A stretch of 64,000 bases of DNA from an uncultured Planctomycetota bacterium (GTDB lineage: Bacteria > Planctomycetota > Planctomycetia > Isosphaerales > Isosphaeraceae), in NCBI GenBank assembly GCA_963823665.1, contig CAWGMQ010000008.1, positions 1,984,001 to 2,048,000 of the forward strand. Direction: 5' to 3'. Both the position numbers and the translations under genes were made by a program. Shown piece by piece: positions 1 to 9,450 of this stretch (positions are counted from its first letter, which is position 1; every line of letters starts with the position of its first letter). The notes below the pieces were generated by a model. That model saw nothing but the letters and a program-made list of their open reading frames with translations, searched no databases and was not told the origin of the DNA.

Positions 1-605
1 ACCGAGAAGAATCGTGGTGCCGCCGGTCTTCGGGTTGTCCAACCAAACCTCCTCGGGAATACAGCCAAAAAACTCGAAGGCTCTGACCATGCCTTCGAGG
101 ATCGCCTCAGTTCGCTCAAAGGGAACTGCCAGAACAAACGGGTAATTGGAATAAGCCTAGGTGGTCATCAGGAATGGAACGAGCTTACGTCAGTCAGGAA
201 AATCAACGTGAATATGGCCGAAATCGGCTTCAAGCCGCTGGCCTGGAGGATGTCCCAGCGGAATGAAGGATTCTTTCTCTCGCCGGCGATTCTTGAACAG
301 GTAGCATTGCACCTGGGCGTGGCCGCCGCAGTAGCCGTGCTCGTCGCGGTGGCGACAGCGCACTTGAGCGGCGCATGCCGCTGATTTGGCGGCGCGGACT
401 CGTCGTCTCGAAGGATCTGGTCAACGATCGCAAAGAAAGGTCCCAGGACAGGTACGATTCGGTTCCTCACCTGGGGAATCGGATTGCGCTCGGGGTTCGC
501 CAGTACCTTGCGGATCGTGTTGCGCGAGTGTTCAAACTCACGAGCGATCTGTTTGATAGAGACCCCATTGCGATGGGCTCTGCGGATGTCACCATAATCG
601 TCCAC
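1..605 (-). pseudogene. istA: IS21 transposase IstA, frameshifted and nonsense-mutated
   Basis: N-terminal HTH (GVSIKQIAREFEHSRNTIRKVL); after a frameshift reads GQRLEADFG...MTT*AYSNYPF...FGCIPEEVWLDNPK, with an in-frame TAG at ~158-160. Confidence 0.85.
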
Positions 606-741
606 CGTAAGCTTTCATTTACCTCCATGCATGGCGAGCGTTCCTTGATGAAACGTTCACTGTACAGGAGGCGCTTATGGGGGTCGTTCTTAGACGATCA
701 AATTGCCCGGAAAGGGGTCACTTTTTAGAAGATCACTGCCA
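1..741 (-). mobile_element. IS21-family element, left end (continues beyond window)
   Basis: Minus-strand end TGGCAGTGATCTTCTAAAAAGTGACCCC at 741, with a related second repeat GGGTCGTTCTTAGACGATCA at ~681-700, upstream of an istA-like frame. Confidence 0.75.
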
Positions 742-1163
742 GGCGACAGGAAACTCAGAGTAGTCGTCCCCGGTTCATTGCTCTTGGGAATTCACAGACG
801 CGCGCGTACGATGTTTGGTCAAGAGGGTGATTCTGACATAATGGAGGTGATTCGCCTTCGACTTCATCGCGTCGCGAGAGGTGGCAACGTCATCGAGCCC
901 GGCGGTGCTCCGGTAATAATTAATAGCTCCGACCCAGATTCGACAATGAACAAAGCCGGAGCCAGAACCTCGTACGGGACCCGAATCCGCAAACACGCTG
1001 CCCACCACATCGACTGACGGTGTGGAACGAGAAGAGCGGGCGATCACACCAAGCGAGGACTGTCCCGTGTCACACTGACAGTTTCGTCGCAGAAAACTCT
1101 TGTTCTAATCTACGGATCGGGGTTCAGTGACGCACACGCGTTATCTACGTTGAGTCCAGAATC

Positions 1164-2342
1164 GTGGGGTATCGAGTGGATGATGAGTTAACACTCCCGG
1201 GTGTAATCGGCTGCAGTGCAGCCTTGCGCGAGGTCATTCGAATCACGCGTCAGGTATCACCATCGCGAGCCTGTGTGTTGATCATTGGCGAGACGGGAAC
1301 AGGTAAGGAACTAATAGCTCGAGCCATTCATGATCTGAGTCCACGGGCAACGGGACCGTACATCAGGGTAAATTGCGGCGCTTTAACAGAGAGCCTACTC
1401 GAAAGCGAGTTGTTCGGCCACGTCAAGGGCTCGTTCACTGGAGCAGTGGATAATCGCACTGGTCGGTTTGAGGCTGCGCACGCCGGCAGCATCTTTCTCG
1501 ACGAGATCAACAGTACGTCACCCAAGCTGCAGGTCAAACTCCTTCGTATCTTACAAGAAGGAGAATTCGAGCGGGTAGGCGACAACAATACTAAAAAGGT
1601 TGACACCCGAATCATTGCTGCTACCAATCGCGATCTCCTTGATGAGATCGAAGCCGATCGCTTTCGCGAAGATCTCTTTTACCGCCTTAACGTGGTGCCA
1701 ATCTACCTGCCGCCGTTGCGCGAGCGGCGCGAAGATATTGAACCACTAGTCTTGTTCTTTCTCGAACGCTATGCCGAACAAAATCAACGCACAATGCGGC
1801 GTGTTCACACGAGTGCCATGCGCCTCTTGCGTGAGCACGATTGGCCAGGGAACGTCCGTGAGTTACAGAACTACGTTGAACGGGCTGTTATTCTTGGTAC
1901 GGGACCCGAGTTAAGCGTTGAGCACTTGCCGCCACAACTTCGAGGACAACCTGTGCCACGACCGGTCCGTCCTAGGGTAGGAGGAGCTGATTTCACGGTC
2001 CTTTGCGCGGCACTTGTTCGCCAGGGTATCATTACCGCCGGACCAGGCGCCAATGACTTGTACGACCGCATTGTGGGACAGGTTGAACGCGAATTGATAC
2101 AACAGGTTCTTCAAAACTGTGACCGCGTGCAGATCAAAACCGCCTCAAGACTAGGCATTAACCGCAACACTTTGCATAAAAAGCTCTCCGAGTATCGACT
2201 GGACGAAAGTGGATTTCGGGCTACGGGTGACACTGCTAATCCATCTGGCACTAAGCAGCCAAACGGCGATATCGACGACACAGCCTCTAATGAAAGTGCC
2301 GAGAACGTCAGTGACTCTCCGCCATATGCCCGGTCAATCTAA
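1164..2342 (+). CDS. Sigma54-dependent enhancer-binding protein (AAA+ plus Fis-type HTH), no N-terminal sensory domain
   Basis: Walker A GETGTGKE, ESELFGHVKGSFTGA, FLDEI, WPGNVRELQN, C-terminal ASRLGINRNTLHKKL. Confidence 0.95.
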   Translation: MGYRVDDELTLPGVIGCSAALREVIRITRQVSPSRACVLIIGETGTGKELIARAIHDLSPRATGPYIRVNCGALTESLLESELFGHVKGSFTGAVDNRTGRFEAAHAGSIFLDEINSTSPKLQVKLLRILQEGEFERVGDNNTKKVDTRIIAATNRDLLDEIEADRFREDLFYRLNVVPIYLPPLRERREDIEPLVLFFLERYAEQNQRTMRRVHTSAMRLLREHDWPGNVRELQNYVERAVILGTGPELSVEHLPPQLRGQPVPRPVRPRVGGADFTVLCAALVRQGIITAGPGANDLYDRIVGQVERELIQQVLQNCDRVQIKTASRLGINRNTLHKKLSEYRLDESGFRATGDTANPSGTKQPNGDIDDTASNESAENVSDSPPYARSI

Positions 2343-2623
2343 CCCGACTTTTGTAGGCAAGAATCACGAGACGGACCATGTAGTAGCTACCCTGAACTCC
2401 GTGTTCAGAGGCGAGAGCTTGGTAAACGCGCTCACGGCTACGAAATTCACCGGCGTGATTGAAGAGCCACCACCGGTGGCATCCGGGACTACGATAAATA
2501 GTCCTTGCAAGCGTGATCAGCGACAATTATGATTCCCCAGCGTAGCGCCACTGCGAACGCGCGTTTGGCCTGCCGTCTCGTTCGCGCTGTCGCGCAAGCT
2601 AACACTAACACCGGAGGCTCGAG

Positions 2624-3019
2624 ATGATCAGCCTCCCTCATTCCATCCGAGTGTTCCTCCACGCTCCAGCCTCAGATCTCCGTAAGGGCTTCGATGCGCT
2701 TTCTGGTCTAGTAACCACCGCCTTTTGCCAGGATTCGACATCCGGCCATCTGTTCTTGTTCGTTAATCGACGCCGCGACCGCCTCAAGATCCTCCACTGG
2801 GATCGCGACGGTCTGGCGATCTGGTACAAGCGACTCGAGACCGGCTCATTCGAGCTTCCTGCGGTCACCCGCGATGCTGTGTCGATCGAAATGAGTTCTA
2901 CCCAATTGACACTGATTCTCTCCGGTATCGACCTACGCTCTGCCCGGCAACGTAAGCGGTACCAGCGTCCCAAACCAGAAGCTGAAACTTGGCCGGTCAC
3001 CTCTTATAACGTTGAATGA
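2624..3019 (+). CDS. tnpB: IS66-family accessory protein TnpB
   Basis: DLRKGFDALSGLV...LFLFVNRRRDRLKILHWDRDGLAIWYKRLETGSF signature. Confidence 0.93.
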   Translation: MISLPHSIRVFLHAPASDLRKGFDALSGLVTTAFCQDSTSGHLFLFVNRRRDRLKILHWDRDGLAIWYKRLETGSFELPAVTRDAVSIEMSSTQLTLILSGIDLRSARQRKRYQRPKPEAETWPVTSYNVE

Positions 3020-3738
3020 TCATGATATCATCTATATGACGATTACTCCAAAGTCATGGCCGACTGATCCTCGCGAGTGTCACGACCTGCTGAACCGGCT
3101 CGCTCAGCAGGTCGAAGACCTCCAAGCCGCGCTCGATGAAGCTGCGAAACTCCACAATCAGATCGTCCAGAGCACGAACAGTCCCTGGAAGAATTGCGTC
3201 GCCAGATCGAACTCTACCGTTGCTACGTCTTCGGACCACGGCGGGAACGGCTGGTTGATGCCCCGGGCAAGGCCACCTCTTCCAGTTCGAAATGGCCGAG
3301 AGTGTCGCTTTACCTCCCGAACCGGCACAGCCGCAGGCGTCGGCATGCCCACGCCGATCACGTGAGCTAGACGACGACGGGCGACGCGCGATGCGTCAAG
3401 CAGAGGCGGTGCCGATTCTAGAGCGGCTCCGGCAGGAACTGGATCGACTGTCGATCAGATTGCTACCGAAGTCGGGTTTGGCCCAAGCGGTGACGTATGC
3501 GTTGAACCAATGGCGGGCATTGTGTCATTACACAGAGGACGGCCGTTTAACGATCGACAACAACGTATCGGAACGTCGGCTTCGCGATCAGGCAATTGGC
3601 CGCAAGAACTGGATGTTCCTGGGGAGCGTCGAGGCGGGACCCCGAGCGGCCGTGCCGTGCACGATCATCGCAGGAGCGAAGCGGCATCGGCTCGACGCTC
3701 CCCAGGAACATCCGGTTCTTGCGGTTATGTTGAGCTGA
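3012..3738 (+). pseudogene. tnpC: IS66 transposase TnpC, frameshifted and internally deleted
   Basis: N-terminal coiled coil/FGPRRERL joined directly to C-terminal LLPKSGLAQAVTYALNQW...IDNNVSERRLR...GRKNWMFLGS; zinc finger and most of the DDE core absent. Confidence 0.88.
3600..3724. repeat. 34-bp inverted repeat (fold-back) ending the tnpC remnant
   Basis: 3600-3633 ccgcaagaactggatgttcctggggagcgtcgag vs reverse complement of 3691-3724; 33/34 identical, 57-nt loop. Confidence 0.9.
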
Positions 3739-4331
3739 CGAAGAGAATTGTATCCGAGGTGCTTACGCACGCGATCGGCGATCCAAACGGCCGTCGCGGC
3801 AATTTGGGTACAATTCGTTGAGCTGAGCCGCGCGGCATGGCGGAGTTATGGAGTTTCAATCGGCGGTATCTCGCGTCGGAGTGGGATGACGAGGCGAAGA
3901 ACCTGCCGAATCCAGTGCCGTGTTGTCGAAAGATACGGATTGCCTGGCATGTTTTCGGCCTGTTCTCGTCGCCGCGGCAGAACGGTTCGCCGTCATCTTA
4001 CTAATACGACGAGGAATCCTCGTCCCACTGCGAGGAGTGGTTTCCTTTTAGGCCTGTCTTGGTCTTACCTCCTGGTCTTTGACACTCATATCATACTGAC
4101 TTCGAATTCTAATCGTTATGCAAATACCCCTGATCCGCACAATGTCACCGGGCGCTTCAAAACCAGCCAATTATGGGCGCTTATCGGTAGTTCAAAACCA
4201 GCCACCCCGTTCGGGTAGTTACATTGGTCAATTCAATACAGCTCTACGGTAATCACGACTGACTGAGAACTTGCTTTGCTTGGCCGAATCGGTCTTTGAC
4301 TTTTCCGGCGGAGCCGAATTGGCTCCTCATT

Positions 4332-5255
4332 TTAACGCTTCGTTGTGGTCTTGCCTCCTCCCTTTCCGCTGGCGTTGGAGCCAGATGGCGCCTTGGCTGG
4401 TTTTGAATCTGGTGGGTTCTCTTCCGACCCGGAGGGCGCTTTGGCTGGTTTTGAATTCGAACCACCATGCTCAGAGCCGGAGGGCGCTTTGGCTGGTTTT
4501 GAATCTTCAAACCCGTTTCCGCCCGAAGCCGATTGGTGCCGCAGGCGGTAACTTCGGCCCTCCAATCGCACGAGCTCGGCATGATGCAGGAATCGATCCA
4601 AGATCGCCGTGGCACTCGGCACATCCCCGAGAAGCTTTCCCCAATCCTCGAGCGGACGGTTCGATGTCATCATCGTTGACCGTGTCTCATACCGCCGCAT
4701 CACGACCTCGAAGAGACATTCACCGGAACGCCTCGGCAATTGCTTCATTCCCATGTCGTCGATGATCAACAACTCGGGCTTCAGGTACATCGTCAGCATC
4801 TTGTCCTCCTGCCCCAACACCTGATCATGCAGGAAGTCCCGGACCAGGTCGAAGACCGAGCGGTAAAGAACCGTGTAACCGGCCTTGACGGCTTGATACC
4901 CGATCGCTTGTACGAGATGGCTCTTTCCGAGGCCGGGCGGTCCCAGCCAGAGCACGTCGCGCCCTTCGCGGAGGAACCGACAGCTCGCCAAGTCGTACAC
5001 CTGCTTGCGGGGGATCGACGGGTTGAACGACCAGTCGAAGTCTTCCAACGACTTCCGCTCGCGAAACTCAGCCGCTTTGAACCGTCGCTGGAATTGGCGA
5101 TCGGCTCGCACCGCCAGCTCGTCTTGAAGGATCAGCTCAAGGAACTCGCTGTGGCTGAGGCCGTGGCCAGCGGCCTCCTGTAGGCGAATCTCCAGGCTCT
5201 CCAAGAGTCCGGAGAGCCGTAGTTGCCTCAATACATTTCTCAGTGGTTCATTCAT
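4332..5255 (-). CDS. istB: IS21 helper ATPase IstB with repetitive C-terminal tail
   Basis: KSLEDFDWSFNPSI, Walker A GPPGLGKSH, Walker B LLIIDDMG, TSNRPLEDWG, ILDRFLHH, GRSYRLR. Confidence 0.95.
   Translation of the reverse strand: MNEPLRNVLRQLRLSGLLESLEIRLQEAAGHGLSHSEFLELILQDELAVRADRQFQRRFKAAEFRERKSLEDFDWSFNPSIPRKQVYDLASCRFLREGRDVLWLGPPGLGKSHLVQAIGYQAVKAGYTVLYRSVFDLVRDFLHDQVLGQEDKMLTMYLKPELLIIDDMGMKQLPRRSGECLFEVVMRRYETRSTMMTSNRPLEDWGKLLGDVPSATAILDRFLHHAELVRLEGRSYRLRHQSASGGNGFEDSKPAKAPSGSEHGGSNSKPAKAPSGSEENPPDSKPAKAPSGSNASGKGGGKTTTKR
4381..4503. repeat. Three 48-bp tandem repeats encoding SKPAKAPSGS in the IstB tail
   Basis: TTGGCTGGTTTTGAA at 4393, 4441 and 4489. Confidence 0.9.
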
Positions 5256-5335
5256 GGAGAAAACTCCTGGTGTGGTGTGGAAAATGTCGTGCTCGATCTC
5301 GATCGCCGATCACAGAATCAAAATGTCATCTCCGT

Positions 5336-5402
5336 CCCTCCCGCCTTCGCCATCGCCTCGCCCTCACTTGAACTGGGCGAGGCGATGGCGAAGGTGGGAG
5401 GG
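5336..5402. other. 28-bp stem / 11-nt loop hairpin between istA and istB
   Basis: ccctcccgccttcgccatcgcctcgccc...gggcgaggcgatggcgaaggtgggaggg; 27/28 Watson-Crick pairs. Confidence 0.85.
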
Positions 5403-5545
5403 AGCATCCCTCTTGCCGAGCCGGAGCTGAGCCCCGTCCCCTCTTTTTCGCCGGAAACTCGGTAGCCACTGCAACGTTGTTTGCACCGTGACCGGCGGAG
5501 GTCTGCCAAGTCGATTCAGGCACTCCCGCTCAAAGCAACTCTGAT

Positions 5546-6498
5546 TCATGAGTTGTTCCCCTCGTATCGAGATTGGAATGCGTCGCGGACAAACTGGCCA
5601 TATTCACTCATTGGTCGGATCATAGGATGCTCGCTCATGAATGGCAGCAACTCTTGCTTGGGTCCCTGGCGCTTCAGGAGCGCACGGATTGTCCGGAGGC
5701 GATACTCGCCGTAACCGTGCGCAATTTCGCAAGCGTGATCGATTGCCGAGGCGAGATGCCGGCTGGAAAGGTTCAAAAGGCCGATCAACACTCGCACTCC
5801 CTCGACTCCGCGGGCTCGGATCATCGCCTCTGCCCAAGCGGTGCTCTTGAGTCCCAGCCGAGTGGTCACTCTGCGCAGAAGCCAGGCTGCCCCTTTCTCG
5901 ACCCCGCTGATCTTATTGGGGTGAATCAGTTCAGGCGGTGTGCTGAAACGACCTGGTTCCTTCCTGAGATGCACGGCGATCTTCTCCATCCGATCGTTGT
6001 AGATCGACACCAGGCGGCTGTCCCAGCGCACCCAGACGTCCCGGTCCCGGTATTCCGGCGGCACCGCATAGTAGGCCCGCTTGACCTCAACATGGCCATC
6101 GCGGTGGACAGTGCGGCGGCCCTCGTGGAACGACGGGAATAGACCCAATGGCAACGGTACCAGTGCCTCGCGCTCGACCTCGGCGAAATGCTTGCCGACC
6201 TGGCGACGGGTGGTGCCATGGATCCGGGTGTCAGCGACGGTCAGCTCCCAGTTCAGTAGGAAAGCATTCTGCTCCTCCAGGCTGGGGAATCGCCGTGCCT
6301 TGAGAGCGTTGCTCTGGACGTAGTCGACGCTTTTTTCGACCTTTCCCTTGTGCCGAGGTGTCCGGGGTCGCGTGGGCCAGAAGACAAAGCCGTAGTGCTC
6401 TCCGAAGGAGCGGACCTTGGGATTGAGCTCGGGATCAAACCAGTCGGCCTTCGTCACGGCGGCCTTCAGGTTATCCTGAACCAACCGTCTCGGTACGC
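5546..6498 (-). pseudogene. istA: IS21 transposase IstA, C-terminal two-thirds only
   Basis: VPRRLVQDNLKAAV, PRTPRHKGKVEKSVDYVQ, RIHGTT, RTVHRDGHVEVKRAYYAVP; frame cut by the IS3 end at 6499. Confidence 0.9.
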
Positions 6499-6772
6499 TG
6501 TCTTGGTTCACCGTGAAATGGAATTTCGTCCGATTGGCGTAAATGAATGGGGAACGGCATCGTGGCCTGGATGTCGCGGCATCGTGCCGCGAAGGTTTGT
6601 CGCATTGGTGCCAATCCCGGAGCTGTCGTGCTGCGATCGAGGAGAGAGCGCAGAGCCGAGGTATGCTCGGCTCTGGCTCCGGTCTTGGCCCCTGGCTCGG
6701 CGCTCGGGGTGCTCCTCAGCAGTGCCCTATCCTCCGCCCAGGTCAACATCGTTTGTAGCTCGTCCGCGATCT

Positions 6773-7762
6773 TCACGCAACCTCTTGTGACCCGTGTCTA
6801 ACTGTTGCTCGACGCTCGCGCGCCTCCTCCAGCTTGCGGTCACGCTCAGCGAAGATTTCTTTTTCCAGCCCGATCAACTTGTCGGCTGGGGTCAAATAAC
6901 CTAACGCGCTATGCAACCGTATATTATTGTAGTGATCCACATATGATGCAATGTGACGTAGAGCCTCATCGAACGAAGACACCGCCGCTGGCCGTACGCA
7001 CTCGCGTTTCAAACTGCCGTGCCAGCGCTCAAGTTTTCCGTTCGATTGCGGATAATACGGGCTCGTCCGAACGTGCGTTATGCCCGTCAGCCGGATGAAT
7101 TCCTTGAAATCCCGGGCAATGAACTGCGGGCCATTGTCACTGATGATCCGTGGCTTTTCTCCTGGATGCCGCTCCAACGCCCGCTGGATGATTGTCTCGA
7201 CTTCGCGCTCGGTCATGCTCTCACGAATCTCCCAGTGCACAATGTATCGGCTGCAACCGTCCAGCACGCTCGTCAGGTAGTAAAACGTCCCCGAGACGTT
7301 GATGTAAGAGATGTCCACATGCCAGTGTTCATGAGGCACCAGTGGTTGCACGAAGCCGGTTCCCTTCTTCGACGGTGAGAACCGCCTGCGATCGAGCCGG
7401 TTCGCTTGCTTGAGCACGCGATAGACGCTCGCTGGGCTGACGGCCACCACGTCGTCGTCGAGCATCATGAAGGTCAAGCGGCGATATCCTTCGAGAGGAT
7501 GGCGATCGTGAAAATCGACGATGGCTCGTTTTTCCCAGTCCTCGAGCCACCAATCGCGCGGGACCTTGCCGTTGTGCTCGTTGACTTTGCCGTAACGGTG
7601 CTTCCAGTCGTGGAACTTACTTGTGCCCAGGCCGAGCCAACTCAGGAGCTGACGAGCCGGAAGCTCCGTGCGGTCGACCCAATGCTTGACGTAGTCGACG
7701 ACCTGGTCACGCGTGTCGTGGGGAACCCAGGCTCCGTTCAGAGTTCCCCAAGTTCTTTTTTT
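6773..7762 (-). CDS. IS3 transposase OrfB (rve/DDE), reached by -1 frameshift
   Basis: WHVDISYI...VLDGCSRYIVHW...ISDNGPQF...PQSNGKLERWHGSLKRE...YNNIRLHSALGYLTP. Confidence 0.93.
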   Translation of the reverse strand, partial: KKRTWGTLNGAWVPHDTRDQVVDYVKHWVDRTELPARQLLSWLGLGTSKFHDWKHRYGKVNEHNGKVPRDWWLEDWEKRAIVDFHDRHPLEGYRRLTFMMLDDDVVAVSPASVYRVLKQANRLDRRRFSPSKKGTGFVQPLVPHEHWHVDISYINVSGTFYYLTSVLDGCSRYIVHWEIRESMTEREVETIIQRALERHPGEKPRIISDNGPQFIARDFKEFIRLTGITHVRTSPYYPQSNGKLERWHGSLKRECVRPAAVSSFDEALRHIASYVDHYNNIRLHSALGYLTPADKLIGLEKEIFAERDRKLEEARERRATVRHGSQEVA

Positions 7763-8064
7763 AGCTGGACGTGCTCCTGCATCAGCTCGGCGATGACCTC
7801 GTTCTTCTTGACGAGACTGGATTGGAGCCGCTCGACGAGCTTCGCTTGAAGCCGCTCTGCGCGGGGCGGACGGCCTGCTGCGCGCTCCAAAGCATGCTCG
7901 GCCTGGTCGAGTACCTGCTTAATCCAGTTGTGGATCTGGCTGGGTTGAAGGCCGAACTCATCGGCCAAGTTGGAAACAGGCTCTTTGCCACTGATATGGC
8001 GACGGACGATTTGAGCCTTTTGCGGCGCTGAGAAATGCCGGCGCGACTGTCTCATGGAACTCAC
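7738..8064 (-). CDS. IS3 transposase OrfA (HTH)
   Basis: RRHFSAPQKAQIVRRH...VSNLADEFGLQPSQIHNW...QLKKELGEL. Confidence 0.92.
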   Translation of the reverse strand: MSSMRQSRRHFSAPQKAQIVRRHISGKEPVSNLADEFGLQPSQIHNWIKQVLDQAEHALERAAGRPPRAERLQAKLVERLQSSLVKKNEVIAELMQEHVQLKKELGEL

Positions 8065-8612
8065 CTCCGATAGGGTTAATTATAACCCAACCGGCGCGAC
8101 ATTCTATTTTCAGGTGAGGCAGGACACCCTCGCCTCCAGCGTCCCCTGCTTTGCCCACTCAGTCGACGACAGGTTGCTCGAATGATCTACCATGCCGTCC
8201 GTCGGCACCCCAACAGGCCCAGATACGTCAGCGACGAATGCTCATAGCCAACACAGCACACGAAATCATCGAGCGTGTCTGCGGGGTTCGCACACGACGG
8301 GGGGCCGGCCCGGGGTGGATTGTTGTTGAAAGCCTCTCCGTTCCCCACCTGGAGGTAACTCACATGGTTCTCTTTGAGGACTGTCTGAACGAGCGCGGCC
8401 GTCGCCCCGACTGACAGCTTGAGTACCGGCGCTTGCGGGATGCCCGAGTCGGCGATCCGTTCGATGTCCGCGTACGCGTGCGGCAGCACGCCCTGCTCGT
8501 TGAAGACGCGAAATGCCCGCCACCAAAGATTGCTAAGCCCCGAGCGGCTGTATTTTCCCTCCAGTAAGAATATGCACCGGGTTTCGAATCAAGACAACGA
8601 AAGCATCCCAAC

Positions 8613-8695
8613 AAAGTGCAATCACTCAATTGACATGGCTGCAACGCCAGGAGTTACGGCCTTGCACGATTTCTTTGTTAATCGTGAACACGCGG
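8613..8695 (+). repeat. 83-bp dispersed element, copy 1
   Basis: 69/83 identical, ungapped, to the reverse complement of 14350-14432. Confidence 0.85.
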
Positions 8696-8948
8696 CTGAT
8701 CCGATCCCCATCGGAAAGATCCCGGCAAGGCTTGCCCTGGGTCCACGGACGCTCGAACCTGAGCCCGCGGCTCCGGCCAATCGCGACGACCTGTTCGGAT
8801 CGGGTGTTCGATGGGAAGTGACCTGCATTCGGCGTGATGGACAGGGAACGTCCAGCCCACCCTCGAGCGAACCCGGCCGTCGCGCCGGGCCGTTCGAGCG
8901 GCCGATTCCTTGAAGAGCGGGCTCGCGTCGACCCGAGTCTCTGACCCA

Positions 8949-8986
8949 GAATCCGAAGGTTGTAGGTTCGAATCCTACCTGGCGCA
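8949..8986 (+). tRNA. 3' fragment of tRNA-Arg (att-site duplication, not a functional tRNA)
   Basis: GAATCCGAAGGTTGTAGGTTCGAATCCTACCTGGCGCA gives 3' anticodon stem, T-arm (GTAGG-TTCGAAT-CCTAC) and acceptor 3' strand; no 5' half; lies next to an integrase remnant. Confidence 0.8.
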
Positions 8987-9090
8987 CTTCCTGACTCCCC
9001 CCGTCCAGAAGCGTCAAATCGCGTCCAGAGCCGTCTTTTCCAAGGATTAGTGACACTTGGGGAGTCGAACCGTCCGATACAGCCATCGTG

Positions 9091-9450
9091 TCAGGATGCG
9101 ACACAAAAACGACGCGAAACATCTCCTGCTCGCTGACAGAGCGCTATCACGTCGGGACGGGTCGGCGTCGCAGGGTCGGTACCCGTCGCGGACAAAGCCT
9201 CTGATTGCTTGCATGTGAACGGATCGAGGAGATTTTCCACCGTCGAGGCGATGTCGGCCAGGCGGGCATGGGCGTAAACCCCGAACGTCAAGACGAGCGC
9301 GCTATGCCGCGCCAACTCTTGAGCGCTCTTGACCGTGGCGCCGATCGCCACAACGTTCGACACGAATGTGTGTCGTAGGCTGTGAAGGTCGATCACCCCC
9401 GAGGCGGTCTCTTGTTCGATCCCCGCCATTCTCAGGTCGCGATAGAGCAT
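9091..9450 (-). pseudogene. Tyrosine integrase, C-terminal remnant
   Basis: DLHSLRHTF (HxxR), QELARHS..LT..VYAH (catalytic Tyr); N-terminal part missing. Confidence 0.85.

Larger units (their letters stand above)
4143..6498 (-). mobile_element. IS21-family element, 5' part removed at the IS3 junction
   Basis: Right end TGTCACCGGGCGCTTCAAAACCAGCCA at 4143, second TTCAAAACCAGCCA at 4191-4204; contains istB and 3' istA. Confidence 0.88.
6499..8126 (-). mobile_element. IS3-family insertion sequence, complete, no target duplication
   Basis: IRs TGTCTTGGTTCACCGTGAAATGGAAT (6499) and TGTCCTGCCTCACCTGAAAATAGAAT (8126); orfA/orfB with AAAAAAAG slippery site at 7755-7762. Confidence 0.92.

Noticed and set aside
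2624..3019. RNA-guided TnpB nuclease
   Set aside because: This is the unrelated IS66 TnpB accessory protein (131 aa, no RuvC motifs)
4381..4503. Mini CRISPR array (three repeats with varying spacers)
   Set aside because: In-frame inside istB, equal to the IS end motif, 48-bp period, no cas genes
8187..8560. 5' half of istA resuming after the IS3
   Set aside because: No frame shows IstA motifs; unidentified gene fragment
8914..8990. Complete functional tRNA gene
   Set aside because: No 5' acceptor strand or D-arm; only the 3' 38 nt look tRNA-like
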